Positions 42,588-56,270 of a stretch of DNA of 64,000 nucleotides are shown piece after piece. The stretch covers positions 19,392,001 through 19,456,000 of the forward strand of contig CP068257.2 of NCBI GenBank assembly GCA_009914755.4, given 5' to 3'. The position numbers and the translations under genes were made by a program. The notes under the pieces are model-generated. The model was not told where the DNA came from, did not search any database, and saw only the letters and a program-made list of their open reading frames with translations. Positions within the stretch are counted from its first letter, which is position 1, and each line of letters begins with the position of its first letter. The stretch is from the human T2T-CHM13v2.0 reference genome, Homo sapiens.

Positions 42588-44654
42588 TATTTGTAATATT
42601 TTTGAGGGTAGCGAATATGACATGTTTAAATGGAAATGGAATTATCAGAATCCACATAACCCATGTTGGCTTCTTTCTCAGTAATATATTGTAAGGAAAG
42701 AGTGACCATGTACATACTGGTTGCCTCTAAAATGTTTCTCTTACATCAAAAATTAGCTAAGATCTCAAGGACAAATCTAAGATCTTCATTTAAGAAATAC
42801 TTATAGAAAACTTACAAAATTTCTAAAGTTAAAATCAAACTATTATAACATAGAGGAATGGAAGGAAAAATGTTCAGTGGCATTGTATGACAATGTAAAA
42901 TATCATTAAAAAGTTTTATAGAGGACCAGATAAATAAATTAGACTTTTTGCTGGTAGGGATATTACCATCTACAAAGGGAAATGGATCTGAAAACGTTTC
43001 ATTGAAACTTTCAAACATGGAAATTCTGCTTGTATTACTAAAAGAATACAAATTGTTGAGTGCCCATTATTAGTGTAACTTGCCTAAAATTTACTGCTGC
43101 CCTATTTATTTTAGTATTCTGACTTCTATTTAATTTTAATAAATATATATTTACAATTTTTTAAAGATTTATTTATAACTTTCTCTCGTGGTAAAATATA
43201 CATAATATACAATTTATCCTTTAGGCATTTTGAAGTGTGTAGTTCAGTGGCAGTGAGTATATTCACAATGTTGTGTGACCATCCCACCGTCCATCTCCAG
43301 AACTGTTTCAACTTCTCAAACTGAAACTTCATACCCATTAAGCAATAACTTTCAATTCCCTCCTACCTCCAGTCCCTATCTCCAGTGTACTTTATGTCTC
43401 TCTGAATTTGGCTGCTCTGTGTACTTGATGTAAGTGGAATAATGCAATATTTGTTTTTTGTGATTGGATTATTTCACTTAGCCTAATGACTTGAGGGTTC
43501 ATTCATATGCAGCATATGTCAAAATTTATTTTCTTTTTAAGGCTGAATTATATTCCATTGTATGCATATATCACATTTTATTTGTCCATTTATCTATTGA
43601 TGGACACACTTATAAATGCTATTCACCAAGACTTCCTTTTAAAATTCCATAAAATTTTTAGTTCTACCACTGAAAACACTAATTGTTAAGATTTTCTGGT
43701 AATTAAGTTTTATAGTTTATAGTATACTATTATTAATCTGTGTCTAAAAAAGAGTTGCAAATGTAAAATACAGATCACAATATTTAATCAAGTATTTTTT
43801 TCAGCATGTTACTTGGAGATGGCCATTTATAAAGGCATATATGACTCTAAAGTTTAAACTTCACTGAAAATACATTGCATCCTGTGTTATATCTAATGTA
43901 TTATGCCTCACTCATAACACATTCAGTGCATCCTGCAAAATTTCAGTGAGCAATTAACCTAGCATTTCTCTAAGACCCTGCACATGCTATGACATGTACA
44001 ACAGAGGAGCTGTGTCTCTGATTTTCACTGTACCTTTAACATACCTCAGACCGAGTAATTAAGTAATTAATATCTGGAGGTATGAAGCCCACTCCATACA
44101 ACCACATTGTCCAGTCCAGTTTTAGAAACAGTCAATCAACAATTCCCCTAGCCTGTCAAGTGCAGGCATTTTAGGTCACATAACATGACAAGAAATTCTA
44201 ATATATGCTCGTTTCCAGTCCTAGTAACCAGAATATATGTTAGGCAGGTTTATCTTCCATATGTTACAGAAGACGAACCTGAGACTCTGATTGAGGATTT
44301 AAAGTGACTAGCAGAGGGTCAAAAACTTTTCTTCAGAGTCAGGAGAAAAATTGGGACCTTCTGATTTCCTCCCTTAGCTCTTTCTACAACACAGTGCTCT
44401 TGGTAGTTCCTAATATTATATTGTTTTTATTACAAGTTTGTTTGCTTAACATTCATTTGATATAATTACACATCCATAATTATGTAATAAAATTGTCACT
44501 GTGAAAATCACATTTAATATCCCTTTAGAAAAATTTCCAAGTATGCTATATTTCTGTCCGTCATATAGTACATAAAGAATTGTAATTTAATATCAATTTA
44601 GTCTTAGAAAATTATGATGTATAATATAATTTAAACGATTTTGATGAATATAAA

Positions 44655-44825
44655 ATAAATTTTACATTTATTTTACATTAATTACATTTATTTTACATTA
44701 ATTTACATTTATTTATTAGCATTTATTACATTTATTACATTTATTGATTAACATTTAATTTATTTTACATTTACTTATTAATTTACATTTATTTTACATT
44801 AATTACATTTATTTTACATAAATTT
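44655..44825. repeat. AT-rich minisatellite built from 'ttacatttatt' / 'ttttacattaattacatttat' units, including a 40-bp exact internal repeat
   Basis: tttacatttattttacattaattacatttattttacatta occurs at ~44661 and again (as ...tacataa) at ~44783. Between the two copies lie related units (atttattacatttattacatttattgattaacatttaatttattttacatttacttattaatttacattt). Confidence 0.85.
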
Positions 44826-45227
44826 GATTTGATAAAATGAATGTGTATGACACATGTTAAGTGTAAAGTCACCATGAAGGTTTACTTTCAAATTCAGGAT
44901 CAGGTGGAAAGGGATCTCCTCTGACCTAATCTTAGACCCCACGTCAATGTGCTGGACTCTTCTAGATGGACCAGGAACTGGATTTCATTATGGGAGTCGG
45001 GTTTGGCAGGTGGAGAAGGTGAGAAGCACTGTTTTGCTTCCGCAGAATCTAGAGCCATCCCTACAATTAGATGGGTCAAGCTAACACTCGTTCTTTCTTG
45101 CTTCCTCTATCTTTTCTTCTTGTCTGGTCTGATTTTAATAAAATCAAATTAGATTTTTGTGACAGAATCAATGCAGGGAAACTATGAAGGTCATGTCTCT
45201 GTTGATGGTGGTGATGGTTTTATGTGT

Positions 45228-45726
45228 GTGAAACTCTTCATCATTCTATAAAGACATGCACATGTATGTTTATTACGGCACTATTCACAATAGCAAAGAC
45301 TTGGAACTAACCCAAATGCCCATCAGTGATAAAGAGGATAAAGAAAATGTGGCACATGTACACCATGAAATACTATGCAGCCATAAAAAAGGATGAGTTC
45401 ATGTCCTTTGCAGGGACATAGATGAAGCTGGAAACCATCATTCTCAGCAAACTAACACAGGGACAGAAAACCAAATACTGCATGTTCTCACTCATAAGTG
45501 GGAGTTGAACAATGAGAATACATGGACACAGGGAGGGGAGCATCACACACCGGGGCTTGTTGATGGGTGTGGAGCTATGTAAGGGATAACATCAGGAGAA
45601 ATACCTGATGTAGATGACGGGTTGATGGATGCAGCAAACCACCATGGTATGTGTATACCTCTGTAAAAAACCTGCACATTCTGAACATGTATCCCAGAAC
45701 TTAAAGTATAATTTTTTTAAAAAAGG
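45228..45726 (+). mobile_element. L1 (L1P-family) 3' end, 5'-truncated (ORF2 C-terminal region plus 3' UTR)
   Basis: ctataaagacatgcacatgtatgtttattacggcactattcacaatagcaaagacttggaactaacccaaatgcccatcagtgataaagaggataaagaaaatgtggcacatgtacaccatgaaatactatgcagccataaaaaaggatgagttcatgtcctttgcagggacatagatgaagctggaaaccatcattctcagcaaactaacacagggacagaaaaccaaatactgcatgttctcactcataagtgggagttgaacaatgagaatacatggacacagggagggg ... aacttaaagtataat matches the primate L1 3' end. Confidence 0.9.
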
Positions 45727-46155
45727 AAAAACAAAGAAATACAGTTCATTTTCTTATATTGATATTGTCCTGCAACAAAGCTGATTTGATTTATTAATGC
45801 TGTGCATGATAAAGATACTCTTCTTTTTTTAGTATGTATGTTTTTAAATTTTTCTTGGCTTTAGTGCAACATTGAATAGAAATGGCGAGGACAGATGTAT
45901 TTGCCGTGTTCTTCATCCTAGGAGGAAAGTGTTCAATATTTCACCATTAATTATGTTGTTACCTGTAGAGTTTTCACAGATACCTTTTATTAAAATGAGG
46001 AAATTTCCTTTTATTCCTGGTTTGCAAAGAATTTGTGGGTTTTGTTGTTGTTTTATCATGTTTTGTTTTATTTTTATCATAAATGGGTATTGAATTTTAT
46101 CAAGTACATTTATTTCCTGGGTATGTCGAAATAAACATATAGTTTTTCTCCTTTA

Positions 46156-46540
<385 letters not shown>

Positions 46541-47439
46541 TCAATAAAAGTATAATTTATATTATAAGGGAAATGAGCTGAAAACTTTCTTCTCTAGTAC
46601 TTTTATGGGATTTGTTTAAGCTGACTGTGCATTTAATACAGCACATAATGAAACTTGGTCCCTTATAATTTACTAAAAAATAAACTTAAACAAAAAGCAT
46701 GTTCTTCAGTTTCTGTTGTGATCTCTTTGAATGCTTTGCTAGGTAATTATTTTGGGCTTATACTTGCAAAAATTTGTTAGAAAATTAGAGCCATTTAATT
46801 TTTTTAACTATGTTCTTTTGTGCACATTTTGCTTTGTCTAGTTTTCCCTTTTAAAGATCTTTATAGTTCTGTCAGTTAGGTTTGAAACATGCCATTCCCT
46901 CTTCCGTCCTTTGTTTTTTCTCTAATCGTCATTTGTTTTAAAACTGGGTCAGTCTATTTGATCTCACTTTTCTTATTTCCTAACAGTTGTAGATTTCACA
47001 ATAAAGAATCTTCCTGATATTCACTAGTACATATAAGTCACGAAGTTTAGTTTGTAGCATACTCACAACTAACTGTATGAAGATATAAAACTGTACAGTG
47101 TTGTAATCGGCTTTTTAAAAAAAATGCTCAGTGAAAATAACATTTTTGGCTTCAGCTGGTCTTTTGTCTTGGAGCAAAATGGGAAGAATCCAATAAGCCA
47201 TTTATGTACATAGCTTCTTTCTCAGTTTTCTTCTTTCATTGAACCAGGAAGGGTAGTAGAATTGGAGGACTGTCCTTTGCAGAATGAGTACATTGACATA
47301 GAGTCTGAGGTGACTGCAACCTTGGCCCAATTGTTGAGGCTGATTTCTTTCCATTATCAGAGTTTGGTCATAAGAGAAAAAGAGGCAGTGGGTGGAGTGG
47401 AGAGGTCAGAAAAGTGAGGTTTTGAATCATTTTCTACCA

Positions 47440-47500
47440 CACATATCATCTGTGATCTTGAGCAAGTTACTCAGCTTCTCTTGTTCTTAGATTTTTATTA
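47440..47500 (+). mobile_element. Short MIR-core-like fragment
   Basis: tctgtgatcttgagcaagttactcagcttctcttgttcttagattt resembles the MIR core ctgtgtgaccttgggcaagttacttaacctctctgtgcctcagttt. Weak. Confidence 0.35.
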
Positions 47501-48819
47501 AGGAAGCTTTTCCTGTTTCCAAGAAAACTTTATGGCAACATCGTTTAGATGAGGTGCCCGTCAGAGATTATTTATTCTGTAATTTGCAACTGACATGGTG
47601 ATTATTTAATGTAAATTATGTGTGGCTTTGGAATTAACATTTTACTTCATCCCAGTATCTTCACATTAAATGATTTAAGCCTAAAAGAGAAAACATTGTG
47701 CCTTCTATTATAACTTCATTTTAGTGATTATTGGTAGGATAGATCCTTGATAAACCTTGAAGGATAATTGAAGGATTATTGAGAAAGAAGCATCTACTGG
47801 TCATTGTACAGAAATAAAAACAATAGACCTCTGTTACTCCATCTGTTTCTTGATTTCAGATTAATGAGGCCCACAGTGTAACATTTCGTAAATGAGAATG
47901 CCCATATGTAACAAATTTTATGTGCTCTAAAAAACCAGGACCTTTGCTTTCATGTTAGCAATGCAAATTTTATAAGTAAAAACTAAAGAGAAGTACAAAA
48001 TAAATATTATGTTTCTCCTGGAAGAGTAAATAAAATAGTCTAAACAAATAGAGGCAGTAACTCAAAATTTTAAGATGAATTTGAAATGAACTTTCATTGG
48101 CTCCATTAGAAACAGTTTCAGATGTATTTTAACTGTTTTTAAAAATAGATTATTTATAGGTAAACATTTTATATCACATAAGTATATTCATTTATTGGCA
48201 CATTATTTTACACATTTACTCAATACTCTCTCAGGGAAAAAATTGATATGTAACTTTTACTGGCCAAGTCTCATCTAACATTTTTAAAATAAAGTATTGG
48301 TGAGGTGTACCAGTAAATTTTGGAGGTTACTTTATTTATAGAACCTTACAAGCAAATTTTGTTTTTTAGGTAATAGAAATAGTACCAAAATAATCTTAGT
48401 GATAGTAAAATTAAAATCAGTAAAATTCTAATGTATATTATACTGTGGATATAGCTTACTTATAAGTAAAAGATACTGTCTCACTTATAAGGGGAGTTTA
48501 TTTGATTTTGTTTTATGCTAACCTATAACAAAATAGAAGCATTAATATTATTACCTCTAGTTTATTCTCAGCCATTTTTATTAGGGAAAAATATAGTGCA
48601 TTCATGTATTAGAGTGCTCAGGTATATGTGTGCTTTAATCATGTAAAAATTATAATTGTTAAAAAGATAAATTAGTTCATTTTATTAATTATCTTGCCAT
48701 CCTGCTTTGTGCAGATGTAGCCAAAGGTGAAGAAGATTGTAATATTCACAAACACCTCTTTATTTATTGGTGATGTTCCTTTGGCTGTAGAATGAAACAA
48801 AGCTTTATATAATTCAGAT

Positions 48820-49597
48820 GTGTAAAAAATGTCATGTCTTGCAAATCAAAACCACAATGCAATACCATTGCATGCCAGTCAAAATGGCAATTGTTAAAAA
48901 GTCAAGAAACAACAGATGCTGGCGAGACTGTGGAGAAATGGGAATGCTTTTACACTGTTGGTGGGAATATAAAGTAGTTCAACCATTGTGGAAGACAGTG
49001 TGGTGATTCCTCAGGGATCTAGACCAGCAATACCATTTGACCCAGCAATCCCATCACTGGGTATATACCCAAAGGAATATAAATCATTATATTATAAAGA
49101 TACATGCACATGTATGTTTATTGCAGCACTGTTTACAATAACAAACACATAGAACCAACCCAAATACCCATCAATGATAGATTAGATAAAGAAAATATGA
49201 TACATATATGCCATGGAATACTATGCAGCCATAAAACAGACGGAGATCATGTCTTTTGCAGGGATATGGATGAAGCTGGAAGCTATCATCCTTAGCAAAC
49301 TAACACAGAAACAGAAAACCAAACACTGCATGTTCTCACTCATAAGTGGGAGTTGAACAGTGAGACCATATGGAAACAGAGAGGGGAAGAACACACACCA
49401 GGGCCTGTTGGTGATGGGGGTAAGGGAAGGGAGAGCATCAGGACAAATAGCTAATACATGCAGGGCTTAAAACCTCGCTGAAGGGTTGACAGGTGCAGCA
49501 AAACACCATGGCACAGGTATATCTATGTAACAAACCTGCATGTTCTGGACATGTATCCCGGAACTTAAAGTAAAATAAAAAACAAACAAACAAAACG
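48820..49597 (+). mobile_element. L1 (L1P-family, moderately diverged) 3' end, 5'-truncated (~780 bp of ORF2 C-terminus plus 3' UTR)
   Basis: gcaaatcaaaaccacaatgcaataccattgcatgccagtcaaaatggcaattgttaaaaagtcaagaaacaacagatgctggcgagactgtggagaaatgggaatgcttttacactgttggtgggaatataaagtagttcaaccattgtggaagacagtgtggtgattcctcagggatctagaccagcaataccatttgacccagcaatcccatcactgggtatatacccaaaggaatataaatcat ... gcatgttctcactcataagtgggagttgaacagtgagaccatatggaaacagagagggg ... aacttaaagtaaaataaaaaacaaac. ORFs 48818..49006 and 49104..49295 are remnants of ORF2. Confidence 0.92.
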
Positions 49598-50479
49598 TTT
49601 CTTTTGAATTCAGTTGCATATGAACTTCTTACTCTGAATTCCTGTTTCATCTTAGAGATGATTTTTGCTTTTATCTTTCTTAAGAGATAATTTCATTCAT
49701 TCAATAAACTTTTAATAAGACACCTCTATGAGTGAGAAGCTATGACAGAATTTGTAGAAATGTCAAAGATGAAAACACATTTCTGACCTCAGGAATTTAT
49801 ATCTAGGGGGAAAATAAGACTTCATGAAAATTGTGCTAAAAGGATTTCTTATAATAAAATATTTTAAAGGGGTAAACAATGTATTACAGTAATTGGTAAG
49901 GAAATGAATATCATGTTTTCTAAATTCTGTTTTAGTGAAAATTCTCTTGCCCCCTTTTTTTTTAGCCACTGCATTCTTTTCTTATTCAGGCCATCACTAT
50001 GACACTCTTGTGTTATTGTTATAACTTCTTCCACTTCCCCTTTGTTTCTGCCCCCTACCCAGATACTCTCTCCTTCACATTATCACTGGATTGTCTTCTA
50101 AAAGACTCATCTCCTTAAAAATATTGATAAATTCCCATCTCTATGACATTAAGACTATCTAGCCAGCTTACTCTAAGAGTCTGTTCACCATCTGGGCAAC
50201 ACTGTGCCTGTCACATTTTTCAAATACTCAGTGCTATAACTGTTACCTACATGAAACATCTGTTTTCTAACTTTATCCATTTTCTGTTCCTTGTCCTTAA
50301 AACATCCTTTGCTTGCTGCTCCTGCCTGGAACAATCATGCTTTTATTTAAAGATGCTACTAATGAACAAAATAATGCCTATAGTTAACAATAGTGTATTA
50401 TGAACTTAAAATTTTGTTAAGAGGGTAGATCTCAAGTGTTCTTATACATGCAAATGAGCTTCCCAAACAAAACAAAAAC

Positions 50480-50640
50480 AAAAGGGCAAAGGAAACTTTT
50501 GGAGGTGATGGATATGTTGATTGCCGTAATAGTAATGATGGTTTTATGGGTGTATGTATTTGCTCAGTCCCATCAAATTGTATACATTAAACTTGTGCAG
50601 TATTTTTGTGTAATGATTACATCACATTAAAGCTATTATA
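50480..50640 (+). mobile_element. L1M-type extreme 3' tip fragment
   Basis: ggaggtgatggatatgttgattgccgtaatagtaatgatggttttatgggtgtatgtatttgctcagtcccatcaaattgtatacattaaacttgtgcagtattt resembles the L1M terminus ...gaggtgatggatatgctaattaccctgatttgatcattacacattgtatacatgtatcaaaatatcacatgtacccc... Confidence 0.55.
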
Positions 50641-50710
50641 AACAGATAAAATGTCCAAAAAACCCCTAAAGACATTAACATTTCGCCTTTACCCCAATTA
50701 AAGACTTCCT

Positions 50711-51008
<298 letters not shown>

Positions 51009-51896
51009 CTAAGTTGGAATTGATAAGATCATCAAAAAAAAAAAAAAAAAAAAAAAAACAACATTGATTCATACCCCTAACATTTATTACTCTCTAAATT
51101 ATTGTAGAATTATTCGGGTAAATTTCTGTTGTGACTATCCGTGAGCTCCTGGAGCTTAAAGTGTTACTAGAGGCAGATTCATACTGTCTTCAGCAAACCT
51201 CAGTTCTTGCCTCCTCAGAAGAAAATGTTCGACCAATGGGTATAAGGCAGAAAGGGAGATTGAGGCAAGTTTTAGAGCAGGAATGAAAGTTTATTAAAAC
51301 GCTTTAGAACAGGAATGAAATGAAGTAAATTACACTTAGAAGAGGGCCAAGCAGGCGACTTGAGAGATCAAGTGCACGGTTTGACCTTTTGACTTGGAGT
51401 TTTATATGATGGCTTACTTCCAGGATCTTGCGTTACTTCACCCTGGTTCTTCCATTGGGGTGGGCTGTCCACGTGCACAGTGGCCTGCTTGCGCTTGGGA
51501 GGGGAGCATGCACAGTGTGTTTACTAGAGTTGTACGCATGCTCACTTAGGCGTTCTTCCCTTACCGGCTGAATGCTCCTAGGAGGTCATTTACCAGTTAA
51601 ATTCTGCCATTTTGCTTCTTAATGCACATGCTGGAGCTCACTCACCCAACTCCTGAGATCTTGTCGGGAAGCTACTGAGTTTCAGGTGTTTTCTATCTAT
51701 TGGGAGAGTGCCTTTCCCTGATGCCGGCTGTCACCAAGTATTATTTTAGAGAGACAGTTAACAACCACCTGACCATCACCTGATGGTTGCCTGACATTCC
51801 TGGTGTGTGTTGAGGTGGAACCATCTGTCCTGCCTATTCCTGACTAGCTACCTACTGTAACAAAAAAGACAATGTATTACTTATTAAGAATTCTCA

Positions 51897-52205
<309 letters not shown>

Positions 52206-52285
52206 TTATCTCATGCCTTTATACCTATCAGAGCTAAAAAACAAACAAACACTTTATTGATTGCAATAAGTATAGAAGTGCTCTA

Positions 52286-52640
<355 letters not shown>

Positions 52641-53480
52641 CTATCAGAGCTCAAAACAAAAAAAAAAAAAACAAAACAAAAACACCTTATTGATTGCAGT
52701 AAGTACAGAAGTGCTGTATGCATTGAATAATTGCTCAGTAATTTCTAATTAAAAAAAAAAGTTTTGGTCATCTTATGACCATTGCCATAGGTGGCATTTG
52801 CCTTAAGTGTCCTGTTTCGTAGACTAAATTCTCTACCACGATAATTAAATTTAGTTTTAAAAGTAGCTAGGTCAATAAAAATTAGGTTTCATTTAAATAA
52901 AGTCTTCTGTAAAAGTTACACTGATTATTACTACCACCTATGCTATTTTTACCACTGCTATTACATCATTATATCATTACTTCCAATACCTAAAATGTTT
53001 TATATTTGCTATGCATGTAGAGGGTACTTTGGAGGTAACCTGAGGCTTTGATGCCAACTGAAGGTTTTACTGGGCTGATTTATTATGTTCATCTTTATGT
53101 CATGTATTTTTATGTATTAGAACTGCAGTTTTCTCCTCTCCATCTTTTTGTTCTAGCTGTAGTGCCTGCCTTAGATTTTCACAAATTCACCATCTCTCTT
53201 AGGTATTTGAACCTTCGTACTTCTGTTTCCTCTCCCTGAGGAGCTCTTCCACTCTGCGGGACACCTATGTAACTTTCAGAATTGAGGCCAAATATCCAAA
53301 CATCCTGTACTCTGGAAAGCTTCCTAGTTTCTCTTTTTAGAAATCTGAGTTAGAGGTCTACTGTTTGCTCCTTGAGCAGCCTTTGCTTCTATCAAAGCAT
53401 TTGTCTGAACAGAATATCTCTGTAAATTTGTCTCTCTTGCTGGCTTATGCATTTTTGAGGTAAGGAAGCTCTATTATAAT

Positions 53481-53542
53481 CAGTAATAGTAGTAGTAACA
53501 ACAGCAAGAGTAGTAATAATGGCAGTACAGTAGTAGTAACAT
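53481..53542. repeat. Imperfect (AGT)n / (TAG)n-like trinucleotide-rich tract
   Basis: agtaatagtagtagtaacaacagcaagagtagtaataatggcagtacagtagtagtaacat. Confidence 0.7.
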
Positions 53543-53785
53543 TTATATTCCCAGCTTCTTAACGTGGTACATGGAACCTGGTCTGTGCCTGATATTTGGA
53601 TAGATGACTGAATGAATGAATAAAGTTGTATCTTTGGTATTTAGTGGTACTTATTACTCCATTTTATTATTACTTTGCTGGTAATTATTATTTCCATGTA
53701 ACAGGGGAGAAAACTGAAGTTCAAATTGTTGGAACTAGTTTTTTATAGATATCCAAGCCGAACTTGGAATCTAGACCCAATCATC

Positions 53786-54086
<301 letters not shown>

Positions 54087-54317
54087 TAAAATTCTATTTT
54101 TTGAGATAATTATGGATTCACAGATAGCTGTGAGAAATTATGCCAAGATGTTTTTATATACTTTGCCCAGTTTCTCCCAATGACAGCATTTTGGAAAATG
54201 GTAATGTAATATCATAACTAGGATATTGACATTGATAAATTATACCTATCTTATTTAAATTTACCCCAACTTTACTTGTATTCGTTTGTGTATATGTTGG
54301 GGAGAGTGGATGGTGTC

Positions 54318-54680
54318 TTAGGCCATTAGGCCTGCCATAACAAAAACACCATAAATTGGGTGGCTTAAACAACAGAAATTTATTTCTTACAGTTCTGGAG
54401 GCTGGGAAGACCTAGATCAAAAAGCAGCCAATTTGATGTCTGTTGAGGGCTCACTTCCTGGTTTGTAGAAGGCCGTTGTTTTGCTGTGTCCTTACATGGC
54501 AGAGGGGCCAGGAGGCTCTCTGGACTCTCTTTTCAAAAAAGAGTGCTCATCTCATTCATGAGGGTTCTGCCTTCATGACCTAATAACCTCCAAAGGCCCC
54601 TCCTCCTAACACCCTTACCTTAGGGTTTAGGATTTCAACATGTGGATTTTGAGGGGACACAAACATTCATACCATAACTG
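54318..54680 (+). mobile_element. Unclassified common mammalian interspersed repeat (LTR/MER-class by appearance; family name not recalled with confidence)
   Basis: ccataacaaaaacaccataaattgggtggcttaaacaacagaaatttatttcttacagttctggaggctgggaagacctagatcaaaaagcagcc ... gtgtccttacatggcagagggg ... cctaataacctccaaaggcccctcctcctaacacccttaccttagggtttaggatttcaacatgtggattttgaggggacacaaacattcataccataac. This motif series (ttctggaggctgg...gtgtcctcacatgg...cctaat.acctc...ttcaacat.tg.attttggggg.acacaa.tcagcccataaca) is a very abundant human repeat. Confidence 0.6.
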
Positions 54681-54849
54681 GTGATAAGTTCTAAACAGTT
54701 TTATCATCTGTTTAGATTCCTGTTAACCACCGTTGTCAAGATACTGAATAGTTACAATGTCACAAGTGTTTTTCATGTTGTTCTTTTATAACCACACTCA
54801 TTTGTCTCCTTCCTAACCCTTGCTTCAGTTTCTAACTCCTGACAATTAC

Positions 54850-54952
54850 TTATCTGCCTACTATTTAAAAAATTTTGTCATTTCAAAAATGTTATATAAG
54901 TAGAGTCAAACAGCAAGTATGATTTTTAAGTATGTATGATGTTTAAGTTTCT
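54850..54952 (+). repeat. Upstream copy of a ~105-bp direct repeat (partner at 56168-56270, ~93% identity)
   Basis: ttatctgcctactatttaaaaaattttgtcatttcaaaaatgttatataagtagagtcaaacagcaagtatgatttttaagtatgtatgatgtttaagtttctt. Confidence 0.9.
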
Positions 54953-56167
54953 TCCAATTTGAGATTGCTGTAAACAATAATGTAATAAAACATTAGAAAT
55001 TCACTTTCATTTTTGCATGTCATATATATGGATTAAGAAAGTGTTGTATTTGGACACTTCCTCTTCATGCCATGGAGGTAGGGAATGTTATTTTTTCCCC
55101 TCAAGTCTTTTGTTTCCCAATTGTCTTGTAAGGCACTGATAATGTAATTAGCATTCAATAAATATTTGTTTATATGGATGAATATAGGAGTTAAAATTAT
55201 AGAGCTTTATACTTAGGGCTTATAGTAAAAATAGTACCTTTTTGTACTTGAAAGTCTTGCTCATGTTAAATAAATATATATACAATGCTTGAATATTGGG
55301 CTTCAATAGTCACTGTGCTGGTGTGATTTTACAGGAACTAGAGAAACCGATGCACCCTTCCTTCTATCGCCACTTCTGCTCCACAGTTATCATCTTCAGT
55401 CAATGGGTCAACTTCTTCCATTAACACAGGATTATGAAAACCTGAAATTGAATCTCTTTATTCAAAATATACTTGATTAAGTTAAAGCCTGTACAAAAAT
55501 CTTGCAAAGTTATTGTTGTTAATGTTGTTATTGTAATTAACCATTATTTGTGTCTAGTTGGGGTTTTTTTTTTTAATTATAAAGAATGGAGAGTTTCTTA
55601 ATTTAACTTCCTTCAAAAAGGGAGTTTCTTGAAAGGATGCATGCACTCAGGAACCTGGGTAAAGAGCTTAGTGCATGGCAACTTGCCAGAGTGGGCACTC
55701 TCTTCCCTCTACCCCTCCCTGCCCTTTCTGTCATGGAACTTTGCCCTCTGCACATCTGCTCCGATTATCTCTCCACTGGCTGGGTTCCTCAGCTTACACT
55801 GGCCTCTTATATTTCAGTTCCAGCCATGTTGCTGTCTCATGCTCGTTTTGCTTGACTTCTCACTTGTCCAGCTGGGCTCATGAGCCAAAGGCTGCTGTTC
55901 AATCTCTGGATGGGCTTCTTTCTCTTCAAATTTTCACCACCATTCTAGCTGTCGTGGTTGGAGACATGGGGCCCTAGGATGCAGAACACTATGCGCCCTT
56001 TCTGCTAGGGTGTGAGTGATTACAGCTTTTTAAAGGCATGTGAAGACATCTTTAAAGACTCTTCCAACAATGAGTAAAGATTAGTTTCCAGTTGTTTATT
56101 GCTATTTTCTTGAAAGTTAATATCACCTCACTGCTTTCAATCTGGGAGCAAATATTATTCAGCATAT

Positions 56168-56270
56168 TATCTGCCTACTATTTAAAAAATTTTGTTATTT
56201 CAAAAATGTTACATAAGTAGAGTCAAACAGCAAGTATGATTTTTAAGTGTGTATGATTTTTAAGTTTCTT
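56168..56270 (+). repeat. Downstream copy of the ~105-bp direct repeat
   Basis: ttatctgcctactatttaaaaaattttgttatttcaaaaatgttacataagtagagtcaaacagcaagtatgatttttaagtgtgtatgatttttaagtttctt. Confidence 0.9.

Noticed and set aside
44655-44825. Regularly spaced short repeats that superficially resemble a CRISPR-like array
   Set aside because: This is eukaryotic (human) DNA. The array is an AT-rich minisatellite of imperfect, nested units with no conserved repeat-spacer alternation.
48818-49295. ORFs 48818..49006 and 49104..49295 with reverse-transcriptase-like flavour (…[36 protein letters not shown]…)
   Set aside because: These are remnants of the L1 ORF2 C-terminal region within a 5'-truncated, diverged L1P 3' end. 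They are non-functional fragments.
51034-51058. Isolated 25-nt poly(A) run 30 bp downstream of an Alu tail
   Set aside because: It is most simply a second A-rich tract associated with the Alu at 50711-51002, or with an old, now unrecognisable retroposed fragment. There is nothing to support a separate feature.
55629-55977. Three overlapping + strand ORFs (84, 72 and 100 aa) in a GC-richer patch
   Set aside because: ORFs open in all three frames of the same strand is the signature of compositionally biased or repeat-derived sequence, not of a coding exon. The encoded peptides are low-complexity and proline/serine/leucine-rich.
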